A stretch of 64,000 bases of DNA from Myxococcales bacterium. GTDB lineage: Bacteria; Myxococcota_A; UBA9042; JABWCM01; BTVJ01. The stretch covers positions 32,214-96,213 of the forward strand of contig BTVJ01000023.1 of the NCBI GenBank assembly GCA_045863395.1, read 5' to 3'. The notes beneath the pieces are model-generated. The model was not told the DNA's origin. It ran no database searches and worked only from the letters and a program-made list of their open reading frames with translations. Position numbers and translations under genes: made by a program. This document shows, piece by piece, positions 38,935 to 48,906 of the stretch (positions are counted from its first letter, which is position 1; each line of letters opens with the position of its first letter).

Positions 38935-39720
38935 ATGGACACCGCTGCGGCCCGCGCTGCCACCTTCCGCTTCTGGCTCCTCTACACCCCGGTCTGGGGG
39001 CTCGTCGCCGGCGCCGTGATGGTGACTGGGCTCGCCGAGCGGTGGGGGGACCCGGAGCTCCTCGCCCTCGCCGTGGGGCTCGCGGTGCCCGCCGTGGTGG
39101 GGCCCATCGTCCGGTCTCCGCAGCGGGCGCTCCCCTGGCACCGTCGCACGGCCACGAGGCTCGCCGCGGCGGTCGCCGCCTTTGCGCTCCTGATGAACTG
39201 GTCGCAGACGCCGTTCTTCTTCGACGTGCTGCACATGCGCTACGGCTTCCGCGTGACGTGGACCCTGCAGGACAACCCGCTCTTCCTCTACCTGCTGACC
39301 ATCCCCTACTTCGCCACCTACTGCGCGCTGGGCTGCCTGGCGGTGGAGGCGCTTGGGGCCCGGACGGCGGGGTGGGGGAGGGTCGCGCGGGTGGTCGCGG
39401 TGGCGCCTGTGGCCCCCGCCCTGGCCTTCCTGGAGACCGCCATGAACGCCAACCCCTTCATGGAGCGCCTGTTCTGCTACGACGACGCTGGCTTCGCCCT
39501 CGGCTTCGGCACCGTGGTCTATGGCGGCACCATCGCGGTGAACCTGGCGGTGTGGAGCCGCATCGACGCGCGCGGGCCGACGCCGTGGCGCACCCTCGCG
39601 CTCTGGGTGGCGGCGGGCATGTACGTCATCGTGCTGTGGCTCGACGTCGCGCGCTTCGGCGTGGCCCCCCACCTGACGGCGGTGGGGAGAGACGCTACGC
39701 CGAGCTGCCTTGCGCCGTGA
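38935..39720 (+). CDS. Polytopic membrane protein, divergent cycloeucalenol cycloisomerase (CPI1)-like
   Basis: By-eye similarity to plant CPI1 along its length: FWLLYTPVW, NWSQTPFFFDVL..Y.F, LAFLETAMNANP, RID, LDVAR; TTGCAC-N17-TACGGT promoter at 38896-38924. Confidence 0.7.
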   Translation: MDTAAARAATFRFWLLYTPVWGLVAGAVMVTGLAERWGDPELLALAVGLAVPAVVGPIVRSPQRALPWHRRTATRLAAAVAAFALLMNWSQTPFFFDVLHMRYGFRVTWTLQDNPLFLYLLTIPYFATYCALGCLAVEALGARTAGWGRVARVVAVAPVAPALAFLETAMNANPFMERLFCYDDAGFALGFGTVVYGGTIAVNLAVWSRIDARGPTPWRTLALWVAAGMYVIVLWLDVARFGVAPHLTAVGRDATPSCLAP

Positions 39721-40579
39721 GGGTCCGGTCAGGGCCCACCCCCACGCTCCGCATGGATCGCGCGATGTCGCGCTCCACCGCGCGCAGGTAGGCCGCGCGA
39801 AACGGGCCCGACGGGGGGATTCCCAGGGTGCGGAGCTGCTCCGCCGCGGTCGGGTCGGCGAAGAGCGCCTCCTCGTCGGGCTCCACCACCGCGCGTCCTC
39901 GCATTGCCTCGCGCTGCCGCTCGAAGAGGGCGCGCACCTCACGATCACCAGGCCACGCGATCCAAGCGTCCTCGGCGCCGCTGCGGATGGCGCGCAGCAC
40001 GATCGGGCCGATGCGGGCGTGGAGCACCTCATCTCGCGCGATGGTGCGCAGGATGTCGCGGAAGCCGGAGGGGGGAAGCGCCTTGACCGCGTGGCGGATG
40101 AGCGCGTGAGCCACAACCTCGCCGCAGGCGTAGGTGCCGACGAGCATCTCCAGGAGCTGGTGCTCGAGGGGAGCTGCGGTCCGGGCCTGCTGGAGCTCCG
40201 GCAGGTCGAAGGCCACCACCCCGTCGCTGCCGAGCGCCTGGGCGGCGACCGTGCAGAGCGCCGCGTGGCGCTGCTCGTCGAGGAGCATGCGGAGGGCCGC
40301 CTCCTGGAGGTCCATGGGGGCGTTGAGGTCGACGAGGAGGCCGTGCAGGCGCCGCACGATCATGACGCCCACGTACTCGCTGCGGATGCGGTCCTCCCAA
40401 CCGCGGCAGGCGATGGAGAGGACGTCGCTGCGGACCGGCGGCGCCAAGAGCTGGGGCAGCGGCACGAGCGCCCGCGCGAGCACCGGGTCGTCTGCCACCG
40501 AGGAGACTCCGAAGTCGAGGCCCAGGGGCTCGGCGTCGTTCGGGCCGCCCCCTCCGGACGCCCCGCCGCGCTCAGTCAC
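39695..40579 (-). CDS. Ferritin-like (diiron carboxylate) domain protein
   Basis: E..(D)ExxH..E..(D)ExxH pattern: SEYVG, DEQRH, GEVVA, DEVLH; GTG start overlaps upstream stop. Confidence 0.85.
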   Translation of the reverse strand: MTERGGASGGGGPNDAEPLGLDFGVSSVADDPVLARALVPLPQLLAPPVRSDVLSIACRGWEDRIRSEYVGVMIVRRLHGLLVDLNAPMDLQEAALRMLLDEQRHAALCTVAAQALGSDGVVAFDLPELQQARTAAPLEHQLLEMLVGTYACGEVVAHALIRHAVKALPPSGFRDILRTIARDEVLHARIGPIVLRAIRSGAEDAWIAWPGDREVRALFERQREAMRGRAVVEPDEEALFADPTAAEQLRTLGIPPSGPFRAAYLRAVERDIARSMRSVGVGPDRTLTAQGSSA

Positions 40580-41960
40580 GGCAGCACAGCACGCCGCCCT
40601 TGTCCTGGCTCCCGACCCCATACCCGTCATACTGGCAGGAGCCGCCGGGGCAGCCCTTCTTGGTGACTGTCTCTCCCTCCAGCAGGTCGCTGCCGGGGCC
40701 GCCCTTGCACTCCCAGGGGCCCAGCGGCGGCTCCGCCTCGTTGAAGCCGCACTTGTCGGGGACGGTGCTCGCGATCACCCGGTCGAGGGGGCCGCAGCTC
40801 TTGTCCGGCCCCAGGGCCGTACCCAGGTTGCCGCAGCCGAAGACGTCGTTGTGGCCGTCGCCGTCCTTGCCGCAGACGCTGCCGTTCTTGCTCGGCTGCG
40901 CCATGGCGAACAGCAGGGACTTGGGCTTGGCGTCGGGGGGCGTCGCTCCCGCGCACCCGGACGGCGACTTCGCCGCCACCTCCTCCCAGCCTCGGCAGAG
41001 GTGCCAGCCCTCGGCGCAGAGATCCGCCGAGGCGCAGCCGTTGCCCTCGGGGTTCTGGCTGTCGTCGCCCCCCTTGCGCCCGCACGCGGGCACCACGGTC
41101 TTCGGCGTCACACCGGGCAGGCTCCACCCGCCGCTGCACCCGGCGATGTGCGTGAACGTGTTCTGGTCGAGGAAGCCCTCCCGCTCCCCGTCGCTGCACC
41201 CCACGGACGGCTGGGCCGGTGGGTACACCTTGCCCGTCACGGCTGCCTGGGCCTGTACGCAGCTCTGGGTCCCGTGCTCGTCCCAGACGTCCAGGGTGAA
41301 CAGCCAGGTCCCGGCCACATCCACCAGGAATGTGGGGGACTCCACGGTCGCCGACGGTGCAAACGTGGCCGCCGCCCCCGGGGGTGTCTGCACTCCCCAC
41401 TGCCACTTCGTGATGGCGCCGTCCTTCGAGACAGACTGCGCCGCCGAGAGGTGGAGCACGGTGCCGGCGTCCACGCTCGCCCCCTCTGCGATGGTGATGG
41501 CGGCGACCGGGCACTCCGGCGGGAGCTGGGGGTCGCAGTCCGGGTTCGGCGGGCAGTCCTCGTTGACCAGGCCGTCGCAGTCGTCGTCCGTGCAGTTGCC
41601 GCAGAACTCGTCGGGGGGGACGCAGGGGCCCCAGTCCTTCAGGCACTTGCGCTCGCCCGCCGACAGGCAGGACGTGACGCACGCCTCCACCGTCAGGGGC
41701 TCGCAGGGGTACTCGAAGCCGCTCGCATCCCCGGTGTCTGGAGTGCCGCCTACGTCGGTGGTGCCCCCAACGTCGCCCGCACCACCGGCGTCTCCACCTG
41801 CATCCCCCACCGCAGCGCTCGTGTCGCCCCCACCGGAGCCGCTATCACCACCCACCGCGTCCTGCGCGCTGCCGCCATAGGACGGGCCCGTCCCCGCGTC
41901 TCCACTGCTCACCGCGTCGCTGCACCCCACCAGGAGCGCCACCACCAGCAAGTACCTCAT
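40572..41960 (-). CDS. Cys-rich lipoprotein with PKD/Ig-like domain
   Basis: Lipobox LVGC; DDDCDGLVNEDC repeat; ITKWQW..DVAGTWLFTLDVWD PKD-like; Cys-rich C-terminal domain. Confidence 0.8.
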   Translation of the reverse strand: MRYLLVVALLVGCSDAVSSGDAGTGPSYGGSAQDAVGGDSGSGGGDTSAAVGDAGGDAGGAGDVGGTTDVGGTPDTGDASGFEYPCEPLTVEACVTSCLSAGERKCLKDWGPCVPPDEFCGNCTDDDCDGLVNEDCPPNPDCDPQLPPECPVAAITIAEGASVDAGTVLHLSAAQSVSKDGAITKWQWGVQTPPGAAATFAPSATVESPTFLVDVAGTWLFTLDVWDEHGTQSCVQAQAAVTGKVYPPAQPSVGCSDGEREGFLDQNTFTHIAGCSGGWSLPGVTPKTVVPACGRKGGDDSQNPEGNGCASADLCAEGWHLCRGWEEVAAKSPSGCAGATPPDAKPKSLLFAMAQPSKNGSVCGKDGDGHNDVFGCGNLGTALGPDKSCGPLDRVIASTVPDKCGFNEAEPPLGPWECKGGPGSDLLEGETVTKKGCPGGSCQYDGYGVGSQDKGGVLCCRD

Positions 41961-41963
41961 CGC

Positions 41964-44873
41964 TCACTCCTGCATCACGAAGATGGTGCCCGAGAGGGCA
42001 GCGAGGGAGAACGGGATTCCGCCACCGGAGACCGTGATGGGGTCGATCTTGTAGAAGAGGTCCTTCATCTTGGTTCCGTCCTTGATCCCCAGCGTCCCCA
42101 CCTGCAGAGTCCCGGACTTCATCGAGGACCCGCGGTTCAGCAGGACCACCGCCGCTCCGTCCCCCACCCGTCCGTAGGCGATGAAATCCGGCTCCGACCA
42201 GAGCGGCTGCGACCAGGTCCCCGTGCGGAGCGCCGGGTGTGCTGCCCGAATCTCGGCCACCTTCCCGACGTAGGCCAGGGTCTCTTCCTCCAGGCCCGTC
42301 ACGGCGCCGTCAAATCGCATGAATCTCCGGTTGTCCGGGTCTCCCGCTCCTGCCATGCCGATCTCGTCCCCGTAGTAGATGAGCGGAACCCCGGGGATGG
42401 TCAGCGCGTACATCATGGCGAGCCGCAGGCGCAGGTGCCCGTCCTCCGTCGCGGCCCCAGGCGGATTGAGCCACCCCTGCGCCTGATTGCTGAGCACGTC
42501 CCAGGGCCCGCAGGGGATCATCCCCGACGCCATGCTCGCGAAGCGCGCGATGTCGTGATTGCCGATGAAGGTGCTCATGAGCCCCGGGGTCGCGTACTGG
42601 CTCTTGATTCCGCGGATCGCCTGGTCCATCTGGTCGAGCCCCTCCTCGTAGGTCGCGAAGCCCTTGAGGATGTGCAGGTTGGACGGAAAGTCGAACTGCC
42701 CGTGCAGCTTCGACGGCCCAACGAAGCTCTCGATGAGGCCCGCGTCGCCCGTGAAGGTCTCCCCCACGATGTAGAAGTCGATTCCCGTCAGCTCGAGCTC
42801 TGCTTTCATTCGGGCCCGCAGGTCCTGCACGAAGGACATCTCCAGGTGCTTGACCGCGTCGAAGCGCAGCCCGTCGGCGCCGGTCGCCTTGACCCAGTCC
42901 ACCACGTGGTCGAGCATCGCCGCCCGCGCCCCGGGCTTCGTGTAGTCGATGTCCGGCAGATAGTCGACGAACCAGCAGGTCTTGGGCTTGTCGTCCCAGC
43001 CCACGTCCTGGCAGATCTCCGCCGGCAGATTGAACCACTCCTTTTGCTGCGCGTAGAGCGGCGACGAGTCGTGGACGTGATTCGCCGTGAAGTCGAGCAG
43101 CACGCGGATTCCCCGTGCATGAGCCGCCACCACCAGAGCCTGGAGCTCTGCCAGCGTCCCGTGGCGAGTCTCCACCTGGTCGAGCTGGCTCGGCCAGTAC
43201 CCGTGATAGCCCGTGTAGCGCATGGGAGAGAACTTGGTGCTCTTGGGGCCGAGGCCGCAGCCGCCCTGGTCCGGGAAGGCGCCGTCCTCGTAGAAGTCTG
43301 GATTGTCGACTGGCCAGCTGATCCAGAGGGCGCTCACGTGCAGCGCATCGAAGTAGCCCTGCTCGATCTTCTGCGTGATGCCGGCGAAGTCTCCTCCCTG
43401 GTAGTTGGTGCGCCAATCCACGTCTGTGATCGGCGCGTCGTTCCCAGAGTCTCCGTTGGCAAAGCGGTCCGTCATGGCGAAGTACATGAGCGCGTCACGC
43501 CAGTCCGTGCTCACCCCCACGTAGACCTTGAGCAGGAGCGTCTCGCCGCCGCTCGTGACCCGCACATCGTGGATCCCTGGGCCCAGGTCCAGCTTCAGGT
43601 GCGCCTCGTCGCCGACTGTGGTCAGCGGCGCCGGCTCCCAGTCGACGGTGACGCTCGCGCCGTCCGCGCCGCTGAACACCGCCTCGAAGGTGCCCCCGAG
43701 CGTCTTGTGAGACACCAGACTCAGCGCGCCACACGCCACGTCCAGCACGCTGTTGACCCCGCCGAAGCCGTCATCGGCGGTCTTGGGATTGGCGGGGTCT
43801 GGTATCCATCCCCCGTCCACGATGAACTTGTACTGGTAGGAGCCGGGCTCCAGGGTCTCCGTTCGGGTCCAGACACCGTCTCCGTCGCTGTCCGCAAGCG
43901 CCCACGCGCTGCCGGCGTCCGCACCCCACCCGTTGAACTCGCCCGAGACGAGCACCACGCTCGCCCCCGGCGCCGCCAGCGAGAAGGTTACGACTCCACA
44001 CGGTGGCTTCGGGGTGCCGCAGTCCACCACGAGGACGCTGTTCACGCCGCCGAAGCCGTCATCGACCGTCTGGGGATTGGCGGGGTCTGCCATCCACACG
44101 CCGTCCACGATGAACTTGTATTGGTAGGTGCCGGGCTCCACCGTGATGGTCGTCGCCCAGACGCCGTCTCCGTCGCTGTCGAACAGGTTGATCGCCGCCT
44201 CGGGGGTTGCCGCCCACCCGTTGAAGCTGCCGGCCAGCAAGACCTGGGTCGCCCCCGGCGCCGCGAGCTTCAGCTCCACCTCCCCGCACTTCGTCGGGTC
44301 CGGCGGAGGCGGCTTCACGGGCGGGGTCCCGGCCTCCACGGTCACGGTGAGCAGCTCCGTGTCCGTGTGGCCTGCCGGGTCCGTGACGGTCACCGGCACC
44401 TGCTCCGTCCCTGCCCAGCTCGCGGGCGCCACGATCAGCAGCACCTGGTTGCCCGTGTCCGCGATGGCGACCTGCTTGGCCTTCCAGCTCACGACCAGAT
44501 CAGCCACCGGGTCGTCGGCGTCGCTCAGGTAGGGGGTCAGATCCAGCGTCGTGCTGTGGCCCTGCTTGAGGGTCACAATGGGCAGGACGGCGATGTCCGG
44601 GTGGGCGCCGGGTGTCCCCAGGTCCTGGGGGACGACCACGTCGGGCGTCGCGTCCGGTGGGGCTCCGGCGTCCTCCGTGCCTCCCTTGGTGTCACCTGCC
44701 GCGTCTTGGCCCGCTCCGGCGTCCGCGGTGGCGTCGTGGCCACCCAGGTCGGCAGAGGGCCCGCCATCGGACGGAGCGAACGGGACCGACGAGTCCGACG
44801 CGTCCGCGATGGGCGCGTCATCGGAGCACGCGGCGGCCAGCAGCACGGCCAGCAGAACGAGCAAGCGCTTCAT
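41964..44873 (-). CDS. GH13 alpha-amylase family lipoprotein with two tandem CBM48-like domains
   Basis: Lipobox AAAC; two copies of GxFNGW..W..LEPGxYQYKFIVDG.W..DPANP..DGFGGVNSVL; DFTANH, GLRFDAVKH, GETF, FIGNHD, YYGDEIG. Confidence 0.93.
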   Translation of the reverse strand: MKRLLVLLAVLLAAACSDDAPIADASDSSVPFAPSDGGPSADLGGHDATADAGAGQDAAGDTKGGTEDAGAPPDATPDVVVPQDLGTPGAHPDIAVLPIVTLKQGHSTTLDLTPYLSDADDPVADLVVSWKAKQVAIADTGNQVLLIVAPASWAGTEQVPVTVTDPAGHTDTELLTVTVEAGTPPVKPPPPDPTKCGEVELKLAAPGATQVLLAGSFNGWAATPEAAINLFDSDGDGVWATTITVEPGTYQYKFIVDGVWMADPANPQTVDDGFGGVNSVLVVDCGTPKPPCGVVTFSLAAPGASVVLVSGEFNGWGADAGSAWALADSDGDGVWTRTETLEPGSYQYKFIVDGGWIPDPANPKTADDGFGGVNSVLDVACGALSLVSHKTLGGTFEAVFSGADGASVTVDWEPAPLTTVGDEAHLKLDLGPGIHDVRVTSGGETLLLKVYVGVSTDWRDALMYFAMTDRFANGDSGNDAPITDVDWRTNYQGGDFAGITQKIEQGYFDALHVSALWISWPVDNPDFYEDGAFPDQGGCGLGPKSTKFSPMRYTGYHGYWPSQLDQVETRHGTLAELQALVVAAHARGIRVLLDFTANHVHDSSPLYAQQKEWFNLPAEICQDVGWDDKPKTCWFVDYLPDIDYTKPGARAAMLDHVVDWVKATGADGLRFDAVKHLEMSFVQDLRARMKAELELTGIDFYIVGETFTGDAGLIESFVGPSKLHGQFDFPSNLHILKGFATYEEGLDQMDQAIRGIKSQYATPGLMSTFIGNHDIARFASMASGMIPCGPWDVLSNQAQGWLNPPGAATEDGHLRLRLAMMYALTIPGVPLIYYGDEIGMAGAGDPDNRRFMRFDGAVTGLEEETLAYVGKVAEIRAAHPALRTGTWSQPLWSEPDFIAYGRVGDGAAVVLLNRGSSMKSGTLQVGTLGIKDGTKMKDLFYKIDPITVSGGGIPFSLAALSGTIFVMQE

Positions 44874-44935
44874 GCGGCACCTCCCGCAGGCGTTGTAGCA
44901 CCTCTGCGCGACGGCTCCAACGCTCGCGGTGCCTC

Positions 44936-46534
44936 TCAGGGCACCAGGGTTTCAAGGAGCGCGCCGAGCAGCGGCCGGTCTCCGCCCGTGAGCGCGATGC
45001 GCAAGGTCGCTACCCCCATCCCGACGGTCTCCTCGAACTGCAGGGCGCCGAGCCGATCCAGGGCGCGGCGGATCACCACCTTCTCCAGGGGGCTCACCTC
45101 CATGCGGTCGAGCATCATGGCGCCGAACCGCGGCAGGTCCGCCTCGATGCGCGTGACCGTGGCGCCGCCCCACGAGCCAGCGACGGCCGCGAGCGCCGGC
45201 CCCAGGCGATCCCGCGCCCCACACGCGACCACGTCTGCCTGGTAGGCGCAGGCCAGCTCGTCGGTCAGGGGCCAGGTGGTGCGCTCGCCCTCGACCCGCG
45301 CCTCGCCCGGAGCGCTGGCTCCCATGGCCTCGCCCACGCCGCCGAGGAAGCGCCCGAACGCGGTCGCCTGGTCCCGCCCGAGCTGCGCGGTGATCAGGAG
45401 CCGCTTCCCGCCCTCGCTCATGGACGCGGCCACGCAGCGGAGCCTCCCCGGCGGCGCCCACATGCGCTCGGCGAGCCCCGAGCCCTCCCACGCCCGGGTC
45501 AGGGCCGCGAAGGTGCCGCCGAGCGCCCCCTCCTGCATGGCGGCGAGGACCTCCGCGATGGGCGCGATGTCTTCAAGACGGAGGGCGCCCGCCGCCCTGA
45601 ACAGGCTCCCCGCGTTGGCCTCCCAGGCGGCCTCCACGTCGCAGGCGCTCGCGAGCGCTTCGATTGCTTCCGTCGGGTTCGTGACCAGCGACGCGGTGCG
45701 CAGCTCCAGCCCCCCGCCAGGCAGGCTCAGCGAGACGAGGGAGTCGCCCTCCGTGTAGAACGACGCGGAGTTGGCGCCCAGCTCCGCCAGCTCCAGCCAG
45801 CGGTCGGCGACCGGGTCGCCCGTGCGCTCCAGCGCCAGCGGGGGTTGGCCGCCGAGGTCCCGGGTCCAGACGATGGCGAGGGCGCCGCTCGCCTCGTGGT
45901 CGCGCAGGGGCGCCAGGCGCGTCCGCCACGCCTCGGCTCCGCGCGTGGCTTCGTTGATGAGCCCGACCTCCGCTCCCATCAGGACTCCAACGCGGCCCTC
46001 GCCGCCAACGACGACGAGCCCCGCCAGCGGTCCGTCCGTGGCTCTCCATGCCCCCTCGGCTTCCACGAGCGGCGAGCCCTGCCGCTCGGCCCAGGTGCCG
46101 AGGGAGGCGCGCGCGACAAGGACGTCCGTCGTGGGCAGCCAGGCGAGCAGCCCCCCATCGGCCCCAAGGGAGGCCACCCACGGCCCCTCGGGGTCCACCC
46201 CCGCGGCCCGGAGCGCGGCCGGGTCCGTCACGTCGAAGGGCAGTGAAGAGACGAGCATGACCCGCACTGGCGCAAGGGCCGGCATCCCCATGGCCCTGTC
46301 GAGCCCCGTCTGCTCCAGGAGCTGCGTCACTCCGCGCACCACGTAGATGGCCGCCGCGTCGGGCGGGACGAGCCCCGGGACGAGGTCCACCAGGGGGGCG
46401 ACGGGCGGCGGCGGGACGGGCACCGGCTCCGTGGGGACTGGCTCCAGTGGGGTGTCGGACGAGCGCGGCCAGAGCACCCACGCGGCCGCACCCGCGAGCA
46501 CGGCGACGAACACGGCGATCACGCTGCGGGTCAT
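44936..46534 (-). CDS. Hypothetical membrane-anchored protein
   Basis: AGGAGG RBS, N-terminal TM and Pro-rich linker; no family recognised. Confidence 0.7.
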   Translation of the reverse strand: MTRSVIAVFVAVLAGAAAWVLWPRSSDTPLEPVPTEPVPVPPPPVAPLVDLVPGLVPPDAAAIYVVRGVTQLLEQTGLDRAMGMPALAPVRVMLVSSLPFDVTDPAALRAAGVDPEGPWVASLGADGGLLAWLPTTDVLVARASLGTWAERQGSPLVEAEGAWRATDGPLAGLVVVGGEGRVGVLMGAEVGLINEATRGAEAWRTRLAPLRDHEASGALAIVWTRDLGGQPPLALERTGDPVADRWLELAELGANSASFYTEGDSLVSLSLPGGGLELRTASLVTNPTEAIEALASACDVEAAWEANAGSLFRAAGALRLEDIAPIAEVLAAMQEGALGGTFAALTRAWEGSGLAERMWAPPGRLRCVAASMSEGGKRLLITAQLGRDQATAFGRFLGGVGEAMGASAPGEARVEGERTTWPLTDELACAYQADVVACGARDRLGPALAAVAGSWGGATVTRIEADLPRFGAMMLDRMEVSPLEKVVIRRALDRLGALQFEETVGMGVATLRIALTGGDRPLLGALLETLVP

Positions 46535-46590
46535 GGCGGCCTCCTGGCGCCCGACTCTAGCGTCGATCACCGCCCACAGTCACGCACCGA

Positions 46591-46620
46591 TTGACGCGCG
46601 CCCCAGACCGCGTCCATGAT
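46591..46620 (+). promoter_or_regulatory. Putative sigma70 promoter of uvrB
   Basis: TTGACG-N18-CATGAT shortly upstream of the start. Confidence 0.45.
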
Positions 46621-46640
46621 CCCCGCCTCACGAGGTGACC

Positions 46641-48638
46641 ATGCCGCCGTTCCGACTCGTCTCCCCGAACACCCCCTGCGGCGACCAGCCCCAGGCCATC
46701 GCCGAGCTGGTCGCCGGCATCCGCCGCGGCGACCGCCACCAGGTGCTGCTGGGCGTGACCGGGTCCGGCAAGACCTTCACCGTCGCCAACGTGGTCGCGA
46801 CGCTGAACGTCCCCACCCTGGTGCTCGCCCCCAACAAGACGCTGGCGGCCCAGCTCCACGCGGAGCTGCGCGAGCTGTTCCCCGACAACGCCGTCGAGTA
46901 CTTCGTCAGCTACTACGACTACTACCAGCCCGAGGCCTACGTCGCGACGACGGATACGTACATCGAGAAGGACGCGATCATCAACGAAGAGATTGATCGC
47001 ATGCGCCACGCGGCGACGCGCTCCCTGCTCGAGCGCAACGATGTCTTGATCGTGGCCTCGGTGAGCTGCATCTACGGCCTCGGCTCCGCGGAGGCCTACT
47101 ACGACATGCTGGTCCACGTGCTCCGCGGGCAGACCGTCGAGCGCGACAAGGTGCTGCGCAAGCTCGTGGAGATTCAATACGAGCGCAACGACTACGACTT
47201 CCACCGGGGCACCTTCCGGGTGCGCGGCGACGTGGTGGAGGTGTTCCCGGCCCACGAGGACCAGAACGCCATCCGCATCGAGTGGTTCGGCGACGAGATC
47301 GAGCGCATCAGCGTCATCGACCCCCTGCGGGGCAAGCGCCTGGACGAGCTGGACAAGATCGCCATCTACCCGGCCAGCCACTACGTGACGACGGCGGACC
47401 GCATGCGCCAGGCGGTCGTCACGATTCAAGACGAGCTCGGCGCGCGCCTCCGCGAGCTCCGCGCCCAGGAGCGGCTCCTGGAGGCCCAGCGCCTGGAGCA
47501 GCGCACCCTCTACGACATCGAGATGATGGAGCAGACCGGCCGGTGCGCGGGCATCGAGAACTACTCGCGGCACCTGACGGGCCGCGCGCCCGGCCAGCCG
47601 CCGCCGACGCTCATCGACTACTTCCCGCGGAACTTCCTGCTCTGCGTCGACGAGAGCCACGTGTCGATCCCCCAGGTGGGCGGCATGTACCGCGGCGACC
47701 GCTCCCGCAAGGAGAGCCTCGTCGAGCACGGCTTCCGCCTTCCGAGCGCGCTGGACAACCGCCCCCTCAAGTTCGAGGAGTTCACGGAGCGCATCAACCA
47801 GGCCATCTACGTGTCGGCGACCCCGGCGGCGTGGGAGCTGGAGCAGGCGGGCGGCGTCGTGACGGAGATGATCGTCCGCCCGACCGGCCTCGTGGACCCC
47901 CCCATCGAGGTGCGCCCCGTGGGCACCCAGGTGGATGATCTCCTGGAAGAGGTCCGCCTGCGCGTCGAGCGCAAGGAGCGCGTGCTGGTCACGACCCTCA
48001 CCAAGCGTATGGCGGAGGACCTGACCGACTACTACCGCGAGCTGGGCATCAAGGTGCGCTACCTGCACTCGGACATCGACGCCCTGGAGCGCATGGAGAT
48101 CATCCGCGACCTGCGCCTCGGCACCTTCGACGTCCTCGTCGGGATCAACCTGCTGCGCGAGGGCCTGGACATCCCCGAGGTCAGCCTGGTGGCCGTGCTG
48201 GACGCCGACAAGGAGGGCTTCCTGCGGTCCGGGCCGAGCCTGATCCAGGTGTCGGGACGCGCGGCGCGCAACGTCAACGGCCGCGTGATCTTCTACGCGG
48301 ACAAGGTGACCGACTCCATGGCGAAGTGCCTGTCGGAGACGGACCGCCGCCGCGAGGTGCAGACCCGGTACAACGCGGAGCACGGCATCACGCCCCGCAC
48401 CATCGAGAAGCCCATCCAGTGGTTCGGCGAGGTGGTGGAGCAGGCGAAGCGCAAGGGCGTGGCCGACGAGCTGCGCCGCATGGCGACCCACGACATGAGC
48501 CACGCGGACCTGCGCCGCACCGTCGAGGGGCTGCGCAAGGACATGCTCGCGGCGGCCGGGCGCCTGGAGTTCGAGAAGGCGGCGGAGCTGCGGGACAAGA
48601 TCAAGCTGCTGGAGCAGGCCGAGCTGGCGGTGGGGTGA
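46641..48638 (+). CDS. uvrB: Excinuclease ABC subunit B
   Basis: [59 protein letters not shown]-terminal UVR coiled coil; alternative GTG start at 46635. Confidence 0.98.
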   Translation: MPPFRLVSPNTPCGDQPQAIAELVAGIRRGDRHQVLLGVTGSGKTFTVANVVATLNVPTLVLAPNKTLAAQLHAELRELFPDNAVEYFVSYYDYYQPEAYVATTDTYIEKDAIINEEIDRMRHAATRSLLERNDVLIVASVSCIYGLGSAEAYYDMLVHVLRGQTVERDKVLRKLVEIQYERNDYDFHRGTFRVRGDVVEVFPAHEDQNAIRIEWFGDEIERISVIDPLRGKRLDELDKIAIYPASHYVTTADRMRQAVVTIQDELGARLRELRAQERLLEAQRLEQRTLYDIEMMEQTGRCAGIENYSRHLTGRAPGQPPPTLIDYFPRNFLLCVDESHVSIPQVGGMYRGDRSRKESLVEHGFRLPSALDNRPLKFEEFTERINQAIYVSATPAAWELEQAGGVVTEMIVRPTGLVDPPIEVRPVGTQVDDLLEEVRLRVERKERVLVTTLTKRMAEDLTDYYRELGIKVRYLHSDIDALERMEIIRDLRLGTFDVLVGINLLREGLDIPEVSLVAVLDADKEGFLRSGPSLIQVSGRAARNVNGRVIFYADKVTDSMAKCLSETDRRREVQTRYNAEHGITPRTIEKPIQWFGEVVEQAKRKGVADELRRMATHDMSHADLRRTVEGLRKDMLAAAGRLEFEKAAELRDKIKLLEQAELAVG

Positions 48639-48656
48639 GTCAGGAGAGGAGGAGCC

Positions 48657-48905
48657 ATGGCGACGTCCATCGGGGAGTTCGAGCTGAAGGTGATGAAGCG
48701 CGTGGCGCTGCACGGGGGGAGGGCGAGTCTCGTCTCTCCGGGGGCGGCGCGCATCGGCGAGGAGATCCTCGACGGCGAAGACGGCGCCCGCGTGGTCTCG
48801 GCGCTCCTCAAGCTGGAGTCTGCGGAGTACCTGGAGCGCCAGGGCGACGCCTTCGCGCTGACGGAGCAGGGCACCGAGTATCTCGACCTGCTGGGGCTCG
48901 CCTGA
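48657..48905 (+). CDS. Small hypothetical protein, possibly winged-helix-like
   Basis: Strong GGAGGAG RBS; LLKLESAEYLER....ALTEQG pattern. Confidence 0.7.
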   Translation: MATSIGEFELKVMKRVALHGGRASLVSPGAARIGEEILDGEDGARVVSALLKLESAEYLERQGDAFALTEQGTEYLDLLGLA

Positions 48906-48906
48906 C

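Noticed and set aside
40134..45245. 1703-aa plus-strand ORF and similar long ORFs (13681..16557, 16409..18568, 31607..34405, 46557..48938)
   Set aside because: Antisense or off-frame shadows of well-supported genes; long stop-free frames are expected at this GC content.
46560..46640. LexA/SOS box upstream of uvrB
   Set aside because: No convincing palindrome or known LexA consensus seen.
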